Assembly: GCA_043228905.1 (NCBI GenBank)
Contig: JBHGNT010000009.1
Coordinates: forward strand, 15,314,001 to 15,378,000
Origin: Azolla caroliniana
Lineage: Eukaryota; Plantae; Polypodiophyta
Length of the DNA: 64,000 nt
Reading direction: 5' to 3'
A program made the translations under genes and the position numbers. The notes beneath the pieces were generated by a model that saw only the letters and a program-made list of their open reading frames with translations, was not told the DNA's origin and ran no database searches. Below are positions 36,381-48,009 of the stretch, in pieces; the stretch's first letter is position 1; every line of letters starts with the position of its first letter.

Positions 36381-38497
36381 TCTCGGCTTTCGCCCCCGAG
36401 GGTCTCGCGGTTCCGCTCATGGTTCGGTCTCACCGTCAGGAACTGGACCGAGTGATGCCCATCCTGGCTCTTGACCCTTGCATAGGCCGAGCCGTTGTCC
36501 AACACCTTGGTCTCCATCCGTGCTGCCGTGATGTACGGTTCTCCTAGTATAACCGGATGTGAGGACGTCTCCTGCATGAAGAAGTGCTGGTCAATCTCGA
36601 CATCGCCAATCTTTACTCGTACATTCGGGCAGGCTCCATGCAGTTCTTCGGTGGCACGCGTCGCTACCCGTATTTTCCACCCGTACTTGGTGTTGATCGG
36701 CCATTTCCCTTTCTTATAGAAGTCCATGGACATCAAATTGATTTCTGAACCGTGGTCCACCAACGCCACCACTGGTTCATGAACATCTCCGATCTTCACG
36801 GGGGTCTCCGTGGTCGCTCTGACCCAGTGCGACCGCGAATAGTGGCTCTCCGCCAACTCGTCTTCCAGCGCCATGCCCTCTATGTGCGTCGTCCGTACCT
36901 CCACCAGCTTCTCCGGTTCTGTCTCCGTCGACAGCCTCTTCCTCTTCACCAAGTCTACGATGGAGTCGTTGAACTCCTTCTTGGCGATCCCGAGCACTTC
37001 CCTCAGCGACAGTTCCACCTTGCTGTCGAGGATTCGTTCTTCCAGGACCTTTCGCAGGTCCGTGGATCTTTCGATTTCTGAGCCCAGCTGGTACCCGCCC
37101 CTCTTGGGATTATCGTGGGCGCCGGTTACACCGGCCTCATTTCGTCTTTGCCCGAATTGAGTTTCATATCGTTGTGAGGGCCTGGCCCCTCCGGTTTTCC
37201 CTACCCGCTTTTCCTCCACCAGAGCCTCGTAGTTTTGACAAGCGGCTTCGACAAAAGCCCGTCTTTTCTTCCACCGGGTCACTCCACCGGGTCTCCTCCC
37301 GGACCCGTTTTTCTGTGCGGTCCGCCTCTTCTTTCCTTAGTCATGCGCCGGCGAGGCCTTCTAGCATCGTCGGCCAGAACCCCGCTTTGTTCGTCTTCCA
37401 GGCCTCGCCACCTCCGACCCGAATACCAGCTGACGCCGAGTAGTGGACGGTCTCCGCGTGACGAGCCGCCGCCTCCTCCATCAGCCTTTTCATACCCCCT
37501 TGCCCGACGTTCAGGTCCAGGGGCCTTCGGGTTTCGCTGGCGTGCACCCAACCGTTCCACAGGTACACCACGTTGCTTCTCATCGCCTTGGCGAAGTCCC
37601 CGCAGTCCTCCCGGATGTGGCCAACCGCGTCACCCCACATGCACCTGTTTCCAGCCAGAGGTCGTCGGTCATGACCCTATTCACTACCGTCCCTCCATGC
37701 CTGGGCGATCTGGAGATCCTTTACCATCCGCGTCAGTTCCTCCAGAGCTGTTCCCCGGACGAGCCCTTGACCATGCCGGTTGAAGCTGATCCGATCTCGA
37801 GCCAATCTCAGGTCTCTTCCCTTCGCGTTGGTGGCGTTGGCTCGAGCTTCCTCGCTGTGGCAGAGCCCGCCCCTATTGATCCTTTGTCAACCCATTCCCG
37901 TCGTTTGTCAAAACGGCCACAGACCCTTTTCACCACGGCCCAGTAGGCCGTCAACCCGTCATCAGTCTCCAATAGGAGGCCTACCTGCTCCCGATCCCGC
38001 TCATCAACTGACTTAACAAACAATAGGACACGGCTTGTGTCCAGAACGGTCCGGTCAAGCACCGAGAGGCACGCGAAGCGTTCCTAAAACTCCCAGATGA
38101 GCACCGACGCGTTCCTTCCTTTGTCGGGGGTCTCCACCCACTCCATGAAGTCCCGCTTCGAAAGTCGAAGCGCATCTTCAAGCCCGTATTTTTCGAGGAG
38201 CCGACCTTCGAACTCCTCCTAGGTCCGGCTCTCGGCCCGTACCTCGAGCACCTCCGTATGGATATCCGGCATCGCCACTCGAGGGAATCCGGCTAGACAC
38301 CTCTCTTCCGGAATGTCCCTCATTACCATCTCAGCCCGGTAGGACGCCAAGTAGCTCGTGGCATCCTTCCCACTAAACCGGCCGATCGTACCGACAACCG
38401 CCTCGATAGCCCTATCAAGGGCGCCAGTGCCTTCGCGTGCACTCACTATACGGTCCACAGCCGAAGCCATGGCTTCTGCAAGGTCCGACCCCCTCAT
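36371..38497 (-). pseudogene. X gag-protease ORF
   Basis: GRFSGKDATSYL; CMWGDAVGHIREDC; PR ALVDHGSEINLM..VILGEPY; ends EDF*. Confidence 0.9.
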
Positions 38498-39240
38498 CTT
38501 CTACTCCTCTGCCACCTCTTCACGTCAGGTTCACCAAATATGTCGCGTTGGTACGCGCGTGCGTGGAGAACAAGGCGGGACCACTGGGGTCTTGGACCGA
38601 GGAATAGGTGAGAAGAGGGAGAGAGAGAGAGAGAGCGAGAGAGCGGGAGACGCTCACACACGTATAGACAAAGAAGCGCACGGGGACGAAGCCCAACAAC
38701 ACAGGAGACACGAGTTGAGAACGCTAGCGTATGTATATAAATATGTTTATGTATTTGTATGTATGCAGACGACTCGAACGGTTACAGCCGATCAGGTCGG
38801 CGAGATGGATGCCGGCGCCTGATCACCCACGCACATAGGAGAGCAAGATGGAGATTCTGACGGAAGCACACGGGCGTTCCACGGAGCAGGATCAGCCTCC
38901 TGAGAACTTGCGCAAAAGAAGTCTATGGAGAACGACAGAGAAGAAGAGCTCGGTTCCAGTCCGACAGCACTTCGTCCCCTCTAGCCCCCCTTCTCTCCCC
39001 CGTCTCCCTCCCTTTTATAGCTCAAGGAGGGAGGCCGTTTCACCAGTTTACATCACATTAATTCTCTGTCCTTTCGGACAGAGATACTCCTCGATTTTCC
39101 CTATAGAATATTGCTACCTAGAATTTGACCTTTCTGCCTACCTGTCCACTATACAACAAGGGGGTTGCCCACGTGTAAGGGCCGGTTCACACACACTATA
39201 CACGGTTTGCGCCTGGGGACGGTTTTCTTCACGACACCGT

Positions 39241-42200
39241 TGTCGAGGAGTTCCTCGCGGATGCGTGGAATGAGGCGGGACCTTGGGGGTCCTGTATCGA
39301 AGAGCAAGAAAGAAAGGAGAAGAGACCCACTGCGTGAGAGCGTAGATCCACAGGGACACGACCCTTTGACACAAAGACGCGAGTGGGACAGCGACACAGA
39401 GAGACACGAATTTATGTATGTATTAACAAAGACAAAACAACAAGAAGCCCAAAGTCGGTTACAACCGAATTGGCCGGCGAACAGATGCCGATGCCTGTTC
39501 GTAAACGCACAGAAAGAAAAGAGTAGGTTGGAGGTGCTGCCGGAAGCACTCGGGCATTCCTCAGAGCAGCGCGAGCCTCCCGAAACCTGCATAGAAAGCA
39601 GCCACGGAGTTTGCGAGCCAGAGAGAGAGAGAAGCCTTCGCCCACAAACCGACAACACTTCATCCTCGACTCTCCGCGATCCCTTTCCCTCCTCGTCTCC
39701 CTCCTTTTATAGGCAAGGAAGGAGCCGTTTCCCCTTTACTTCCTACCTACCAAATCTACCTGCCTAGGATCTCCTATGTACAACATAAGGCGCACGTGCA
39801 TGAAGAGCCGGTTCCTACGCTCTGGTGCACCGATTCCGCTTGTGGACGGTTTTCTTCACGACATCCGCCCCCACCTAACCGCGCATCCACCGGCATGCGC
39901 CAAACTGGTCCAGCCTTTATTCCCCGCCCGTCGGTTCTTCTTCGGTTTCGGATCGTTCGTCGTCCCGGTCCAGGCTATCCGGATCCGGCTCGTCGTCGTG
40001 ACGCTTCATGAACGCTTTGATCCGCTTCCCAACTACCGGTATCACCATTCTTGTGCCGTCGAGTTCCGCCAGATGGTACGTCCCGTTGTCGTTGGCGCTT
40101 TGTACCACGTAAGGCCCGAACCACCTTCTTGCGAACTTCCGTGTCTCTTGGTGCTGGTTGTCGAGGCTGCTGTCGTAGACTAGCACCCAGTCGCCTTCCT
40201 CGATCTTCTTTGGTCGGAGCCGGTGCGTCCGGTCGAACCGGGCTTTGTTCCTCGTCCTTTCCACCCGAAGCTTTCCCGCGGCCTGCTCCACGTCCTCCGG
40301 TCTTCACTCGAGCTGTCGTATGCGCGCCGCCAACAGTTCCTCCCGGCTCATCTCGTCTCTCCAGTCCACGGTTGCCCATGAGGAAATCGTACGTTCCATC
40401 GGCATGATCGGCTTCTGCCCGAACATGAGCTCTGCCGGCATGAATCCGGTTACCGAACTGTGCGTAGTTCGGTCCGCCCACAACGCGTAAGGCAACAGCC
40501 GCGGCCAGTTCCCGAATTGACCTCCGCATGCCCGAACTAACGCCTTGACGATCGGTCCGTGTCCGCGCTCCACCTTTCCATTCGCCTCCGGATTGTACGC
40601 AGTGGTAAGCGAGAGCTTGACTCCTAGCCGGTCGAACAGCTCCTCGGCCTCTTCGGCGTCCAACTCCCCACGATCAGCCACGATCTTCCCGACGCACCCG
40701 TACCGGCATATCACGTCCTCGATCAGGAACCGACATACGACCGCGGTCGTTTTGTTTTGAAGGGCTCGGCCTTCTACCTGGTTCATCAGATCTTCCCGAG
40801 CCAGGACCAGATACCGCATCTGTCCTACTCCCATCAGCATCGTCACCAGGTCTACCATCCATTTGAAGTGGATGGTCGGAGGGTACGTAGGGTGAAGCTC
40901 GTCCCGATGTCGGACTACGGAGTGCATCTGACAGCTCTCGCAAGTTGTCACGAACCGATGCACGTCCCGGTACAGTCCCGGCCACCAGTACTTCCCCTTT
41001 ATCTTCTCGAATGTGGCCCACGTTCCACGGTGTCCAGCCCAAGGGCTGTCGTGGTAGGCCGTCAGCAGCTCCTCCTGTTCTTCCTTCATCGCCACCACCC
41101 GGAGCGGGACGCCGTTCCTCTTCTTCAGGTGCTTCCATAAGTATCCGTCCCGGAGAAAGAACCGGTATGCTTTCTTCCGGATCCGGTTGGCCTCGTCCCT
41201 CGTCCACGACGCATCCGGCGTCATTGTCCTCAAGAAACCACCGATCTGGAGCCACTCGCCGTCGTACTTGCTCTTGTTGAAGCCGTTAAGCGCCAGAGCG
41301 CTCGTCCCATCGGTCGTCACGTACGCTGCCTCGAAGAAGTCCACGCTGACTTCTTCGTCCTCCGAAACCATGCCGCCTTCGTCATCAAACCTCGCCCTCG
41401 AAAGCATGTCGGCCATGGCGTTGTCCTTTCCGGAAATGTGTCGTATTTCCGGGTCCAGGGACTTGATATACGCTATCCACCAGAGCATCGCCAGGTCCGG
41501 TGTTGCGCATCCGGAAACCATGCCGAGAATTGGCAGGCAATCCGTCTCGATAACCACTTCTGTCCCGATCAGGTAGTCTTTGTCGGCCTTTACTGCCGAA
41601 ACGATACCCCAGAGTTCGCGTTTAACCTGGGCGTACCCTCACTGTCGCTCACTGAGGACCTTTGCGCCGAATCGGATCGGGAACCGGGTGCCGTCCTCGT
41701 CTTCTTGGTTGACGACCCATCCGATCCCGGTCGGGCTCGTATCCACCGTTATGTATACCGGGGTACCCTTCTCGTAGACAGCCTTCCGGAGCGGCGGTGC
41801 TGCCGCAAGAGCTTCCTTTAGCTTTCGGACCGACTCCGTGTGCTTGTCTCGCCAGTCGAATTTTCGCCCCTTTTTTCAGCAACCCGTATAGCGGCTCCGC
41901 AACGTGGGCGTAATGAGGGATCCATATGTGGTAGAACGCGCATGCCCCCAGGAACCTCCGAACTTCCGCAACCGAGCTACAGTCGGTCTTCATCGCGGAG
42001 ATGGCTTCTACTTTTGCCGGAGACGGCTTTCGGCCATACGGTCCACACAGGTGTCCGACCACCAGGATTTCTGATTGCCTGAAGGCCGATTTCTCCCCGG
42101 AGAAGGTGAGCCTCGCATCCTCTAGCCTTTGTAGCACCTTCTCGCAGTCGTCGATGTGTGTTGCCACGAATCGCCGGCATCTGTCCGGCCCGACTGTCTC

Positions 42201-45200
42201 GTCCTTCTCTTCCACCGGGCACCCCTTTATCGGGATGTCGTCCAGAAATGGCATGGTGATGTCCGGGATGCAATCCCTCAGTACCTTGTTCATTGCATTC
42301 ACCGTGTGGGCCACCGAGTTGGTCCCTCCTTGTGGCAGGGTACACATTCGCACTAGGCCGAGGGGAGTTCGCATCGTCGTAATGTCTCTGCTCTCCACGG
42401 CTAGCTGGAACTGGTCGTACCCCGAGTACAGATCACCGACCGAGTAAATCGACCTTCCGGCGAAGGCCTCCGCGAACTCGTCTATGGTCGGTCCGATTCC
42501 TGCGTTCCAAATGGTCACTCTGTTGACCGGCTGCAGGTCCTGAATGAAGCGCAATGTTCTGTTTTTCTTTGGTACGGTAAACCATCGGTTCGAGTATGGC
42601 GCGCTCGACGGTTCGAGAATACCCATATCGACTTTCTGCCTCAGTAGCTCCATCAACTCCGGGATGTGAGCTCTTGGTACCGGAATCGGCTTGAGATTCC
42701 ACGGCACATGCGGTACCGTGAATATCACCATCGGCTCCATGATTGTCGGGTCTACGCACCCGATCTCTTCCGGCGAGAATGCGAAGGCTTTCCCGTGCCT
42801 TCCGAGCATTCTCCGAAACCGGTCTTCCTCCGGTACGTGCGAGCGTAGATCCACAGGGACACGGCCCTTCGACACAAAGACGCGAGCGGGAAACCGACAC
42901 AGAGAGACACGAAGGTATGTATGTATATATTAACAGAGACGAACAACAAGAAGCACGAAGTCGGTTACAACCGAACAGGCCGGCGAACAGATGCCGATGC
43001 CTGTTCGTAAACGCTCAGAAAGAAAGGAGTAGGTTGGAGGTGCTGCTGAAAGCACTCGGGCATTCCTCAGAGCAGCGCGAGCCTCCCCGAAACCCTGCAC
43101 AGAAAGAAGCTACGGAGTATGGAAGAGAGAGAAGCCTTCGGTCCACAACCCGACAGCACTTCGTCCTCTCTCCGCGCGATTCCTTCCTCTTCCCCGTTTC
43201 CCTTCTTTTATAGGCAAGAAAGGAGCCGTTTCCCATTAACTTCCTACCTACCGAATCTACCTACCTAGGATCTTCTATGTACCTAATTCTCTCTTATGTA
43301 CTACATAAGACGCACGTGCATGAAGAGCCGGTTCCTACGCTCCGGTGCACCGATTCCGCTTGTGGACGGTTTTCTTCACGACATCCGCGCCATGTCGTCG
43401 ATGTGCGTCGTCCGCACCTCCACCGGTCTTTCCGGTTCCGTCTCCGTCGACAACCTCTTCCGCTTCACGAAGTCCACAATGGAGTCGTGGAACTCCTTCT
43501 TGGCGATCCCTAGCACCTCCCGCAATGACAGCTCCACCTTGCTGTCGAGGATCCGTTCTTCTAGGACCTTTCGTAGGTCCGTGGTCCTTTCTATTTCCGT
43601 CCCTAGTCGATATCCGCCCTTCCTGGGGTTATCTTGCGCGCTGGACCCACCGGCTTCGTTCCGTTGTTGCCCGAATTGGGTCTCGTATCGTTGTGAGGGC
43701 CCGGCCGCTCCGGCTTTCCCCACTCGTTTGTCTTCTACCAGAGCCTCGTAGTTCCGGCAGGCGGCTTCTATGAAGCCCATCTTCTCCTCGACCGGATCGC
43801 TCCACCCGGTTATTTCCCGGACCCGTCTCTCAGCGCGGTCCGTTTCATCTTTCCTTAGCCGTGCGCCGGCAAGACCTTCCAGCATTGCCGACCAGAATCC
43901 GTCCTTGCCCTTCTTTCAGGCCTCGCTGCCCCCGACCCGAATACCGGCCGACGCCGAGTAGTGGATGGCCTCCACGTGTCGGGCCGCTGCCTCTTCCATC
44001 AGTCTCTTCATACCTCCTCGCCCGTCGTTTCGGTTCAGGGCCCTTCTGGTGTCGCCGGCGTGCACCCGACCTTCCCACAGGTACACCACCCAGTTCCTCA
44101 ACGCTTCTGCGAAATCGCCGCAGTCCTTCCGAATGTGGCCGACCTCGTCGCACCACATGCACCTGTTCCCGGCTGCCGGCCGTCGGTCACGAGCCGGTTC
44201 GCCGCCTTCCCTTCGAGTCTGGGCGATCTGGAGATCCTTTATCGCCCGCGTCAACTCCTCCAACGCTGCTCCTCCGGACGAGCCACTGACCATGCCGGTC
44301 GAAGCCGGACCGGTTTCTAGCCATTCCCGGGTTTCTTCCCTTCGCCCTTGCGGTGCCGGTTCAAGCCTCCTTGCTGTGACAGAGCCCGCATCAGCCGTTC
44401 CGTTGTCAGCCCATTCTCGCCGTTTGTCGAAACGGCCACAGACTCTCTTAACCGCAGCCCAGTCGGTCGTCAGCCCATCTTCGGTTTCTAGCAAGGAGCC
44501 GACTTGATCCCGGTCCCGCTCGTCCACCGACATGACGAACAGTAGGACCCGGCTCGTATCCAGAACGGTTCGGTCAAGCGCCGAAAGGCGCGCAAAGCGT
44601 TCTTCGAACTCCTGGAGGAGTGCCGACGCATTTCTTCCCTTGCCGGGGGACTCCAACCATTCCATGAAGTCCCGTTTCGAAAGCCGGAGCGCGTCGTCCA
44701 GCCCGTATTTTTCTAGGAGTCGGCCTTCGAACTCCTCCCAGGTACGGCTCTCCGCCCGTACCTCGAGCACCTCCGCATGGATGCTCGGCATCGCCACTCG
44801 AGGGAACCCGGCAAGATGCCTCTCTTCCGGAATGTCCCGCATCAGCATTTCTGCCCCGTAGGAGGCCAAATACTTCGTGGCGTCCTTTCCGTTGAACCGG
44901 CCGATCGTACCGACGACCGCCTCAATGGCTCTGTCGAGGGCGCCGGTGCCCTCGCGTGCGCTCAATATCCTATCCACTGCTGAAGCCATGGCCTCCGCAA
45001 GATCCGACCCCTTCATCTTCTGCTCTTCTGCCGCCTCCTTCACGTCGGGTTCACCAAGATGTCGAGGAGTTCCTCGCGGATGCGTGGAATGAGGCGGGAC
45101 CTCGGGGGTCCTGTACCGAAGAGCAAGAAAGAAAGGAGAAGAGACCCACTACGTGCGAGCGTAGATCCACAGGGACACGGCCCTTCGACACAAAGACGCG

Positions 45201-45684
45201 AGTGGGACAGCGACACAGAGAGACACGAATGTATGTATGTATTAACAAAGACAAAACAACAAGAAGCCCAAAGTCGGTTACAACCGAACAGGCCGGCGAA
45301 CAGATGCCGATGCCTGTTCGTAAACGCACAGAAAGAAAAGAGTAGGTTGGAGGTGCTGCCGGAAGCACTCGGGCATTCCTCAGAGCAGCGCGAGCCTCCC
45401 GAAACCTGCATAGAAAGCAGCCACGGAGTTTGCGAGCCAGAGAGAGAGAGAGAAGCCTTCGCCCACAAACCGACAACACTTCGTCCTCGACTCTCCGCGA
45501 TCCCTTTCCCTCCTCGTCTCCCTCCTTTTATAGGCAAGGAAGGAGCCGTTTCCCCTTTACTTCCTACCTACCGAATCTACCTGCCTAGGATCTCCTATGT
45601 ACAACATAAGGCGCACGTGCATGAAGAGCTGGTTCCTATGCTCCGGTGCACCGATTCCGCTTGTGGACGGTTTTCTTCACGACA
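39241..45684 (-). mobile_element. Gypsy-B element Y, protease region replaced by an internal LTR
   Basis: LTRs 45060-45684 and 39241-39863. PBS TGGTGAACCCGACGTGAA 45039-45056. TSD CCGT at 39237-39240 and 45685-45688. gag 45016-43389; RT-RH-IN 42833-39917. Confidence 0.95.
42834..43383 (-). repeat. Internal, U5-truncated variant LTR (Z) within Y
   Basis: Homologous to but diverged from the Y LTRs; preceded by the PPT remnant GCGGA; no TSD. Confidence 0.88.
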
Positions 45685-45688
45685 CCGT

Positions 45689-47135
45689 GTCCGCCTCTTG
45701 CTCCCTATAATGCGACAATTGACTTTGATAGGTTGTTTGCAACCTCTGTAACACCATTGTTGCCCTCTCATTTTCTTCATTGTGCTGTTTGTGGAGCTCC
45801 ATCCGGTCCCTCGCCGCTTCCTCCAATAGCTTTGTATTCTTAGCCCGTTCGTCAGCGAGTGCCGTTGTGGCCCTATCAACCTCCTACCGGAGCTCGGCCA
45901 TCCTTTCCTGCTGTTGCTTATGCTCTTTGTCCAAGCTCTTAAAGTTCCAGGGCAGGTGATCGAAGTCCTCTGTCTTCTGCTTCAGCCTTTGGTTGATTTG
46001 CCGGCGAGCGCGGTCTTCCTGGTCCTTTTGTTGACGGAGTTCTTCTTACAGCCTTTCAATTTCTGTTTCCGCCATCCGTCGCAGCTTGTCCTTCTCCTGC
46101 AACAATTTTTCTTTTTCCTCCTTTAGCCGGTCGTAAGCTTGATTCCCTTTTCGCAAATTTTCTTCTGCCCGGCGGAGGTTTTCAACAGTCTTCTTGAACT
46201 CCTCTTTTGCTGCTTTCTTCAAATCTCGTTCGCGGCTCCGTAGTGCTTCTTGTGCGGCAAGTTCGTCCCTTAATTCGGCAAGCTCTTGGGCTTGTGCCGC
46301 ATCTTTCTCCGGGACGGTTTCTTTCTCCGGGGTCTTATTCGTGTGTACAGGCGTGGTTATTTCTTTATTCTGTACATCCACCGGAGTCACCGGTTCTTGG
46401 ATCTGTGTTGCGGTTAAGGGCATTTTGGCCATGTCTTCTGTGACCCGATCCAAGTCTTGTTCAAGGCACCGGATCCTTGACCGGGCCGTCTCTAGTTCAT
46501 TGGTTGTGACTAGCAATTGTTCCATTTGCGCTCGTTCTTCTGTTTCTACATACAGTATCACTCCGGCAACCTGTTCTCTTATCCACCGGAGCCATTGGTT
46601 GCCGGTACCCTGTTGTTGCGTTTGCACGGAGGGTTGGCTGATGGGTTCACTTGCGAGTGGCCGGTCCCGCCTAACTGCGTCGAGCTGCACTTCCAGCTCT
46701 GCCTGCTGACCACTTTGCCGTTCGGGTTCCGGTTGTGTTTCGGCTGGCCGCTCTTGTTCTGCTTGTTCTTGGTCGGCTGAGGAAGGTGGCACATGGCTTA
46801 CCGGCGCTTGCATTTCGAGGCTTGCCGGTATTGCTTGTTGTGAAGGGGCTTCTAAGACCGGCTCCGGTTCCTCCCTTGGCGTGGGATTCTCAGTGTGGCG
46901 TAAAGGTGTTCCATCCTTCTGTGGGTCCGAACACTTCCTGGCTGATTCTGCGGTGCTCGTCGCCGGTCGCCGCTGGAGGTGCTCCGTAGGTTCTTCCTCC
47001 GTTTCCTCCTCCTGAGTCCCGACATTCATTCTTGCCGCCAGGGTGTCTATTTCTTGTTGGACCGGTCGGCGGAGTGTGCTCTTCAGGGGCCGTGCCGGTG
47101 TCTCCTCCTGCGTGTCCGTCGGCTGCTTCCGGATG
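45689..47135 (-). pseudogene. A2 accessory ORF, middle (Q/E/P-rich linker and coiled coil)
   Basis: QWLRWIREQVA..ELAAQEALRSRERDLKK matches A1 30500-30840. Confidence 0.82.
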
Positions 47136-47236
47136 GCGTTGTCGTAGTGTATTTTGTACACTACGTGAAAAACGTATATAGTATTAGATTCAATAAAAAA
47201 TGAAGAAATAGAAGAAAATAGCAAAATAAATGGAAC

Positions 47237-47310
47237 ATGCATAGGGCAAGATTCGAACCTTGCACCTCCATGTTAATAATGTAATGTCTTACCATTACAC
47301 TAGCATTTCA
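47237..47310 (-). ncRNA. tRNA-like Pol III A/B-box cassette in the W 5' LTR
   Basis: Minus strand TAGTGTAATGGTAAG..GCAAGGTTCGAATCTTGC with tRNA-like spacing, followed by T-runs. Acceptor and anticodon stems are degenerate. Confidence 0.65.
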
Positions 47311-48009
47311 TTAGTGTTAAAGCATAGATGTCCCACATAGAAAGGTAAATTCACGCTAGGATAAACATTAGAAAAACACATAACAAAAGAAAAAGCTACA
47401 CATACACATCTAGCGTGCATGATAAAAAACGCACAAGTTAGAAAAAAAACATGATCACTTTAGATAAAGCATATAGTCTATCTATAGGAAAAGCATGGGG
47501 TCTATAGTTAGAGAAAAAGCATGGATTACTAAGACTTCCTCATCACTACATAAGGATGGGGAGCACAATGTAATTGTGTGTGTGAAATATTTGGGAAATT
47601 GGATATATTTCCTAAAACACCAATTAATAAAATATACTCGTGGGATTCACGAAGTTTAAGATAATCTATCTCTTTCAATCTAAATTCATATTCTTACATA
47701 AATATTGATTAATGTAATACTTGTGGGATTCACAAGGTTTGATCTCTTTTCTCAATCTACTCTAATCTATTCTAAATTATTTCAATTTATTACTATGATT
47801 TAGATAAACTAAAACAATTATACTTGTGGGATTCACAAGTTTCTATATCTCTTTCTTATAATCTATTCATATTCATAACTAGATTAGCCTCAAATTCTTC
47901 CTCCTCCTAGTCCAAAACCTCGGCGGTTCCTACCCGACTCACGCAACGATTCGGAGCCGAAAGGCACGACACAGTTGGTGAACCCGACGTGAAGGCGGGT
48001 GGCAAGGAG

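Larger units (their letters stand above)
32115..39236 (-). mobile_element. Full-length Gypsy-B element X
   Basis: LTRs 38541-39236 and 32115-32811. PBS TGGTGAACCTGACGTGAA (tRNA-Trp) ~38519-38536. PPT at 32812-32825. TSD CTGT/CCGT. Confidence 0.95.

Noticed and set aside
46046-47242. 398-aa ORF with a signal-peptide-like N-terminus (env-like?)
   Set aside because: The hydrophobic start comes from T-rich antisense W LTR fused by chance to the A2 accessory ORF; the same start recurs at 49880.
47237-47310. Functional tRNA gene
   Set aside because: Acceptor and anticodon stems do not pair; kept only as a tRNA-like promoter.
47634-47842. CRISPR-like palindromic repeats with spacers
   Set aside because: Only three degenerate units, with unequal and mutually similar spacers, inside a eukaryotic LTR, and no cas genes.
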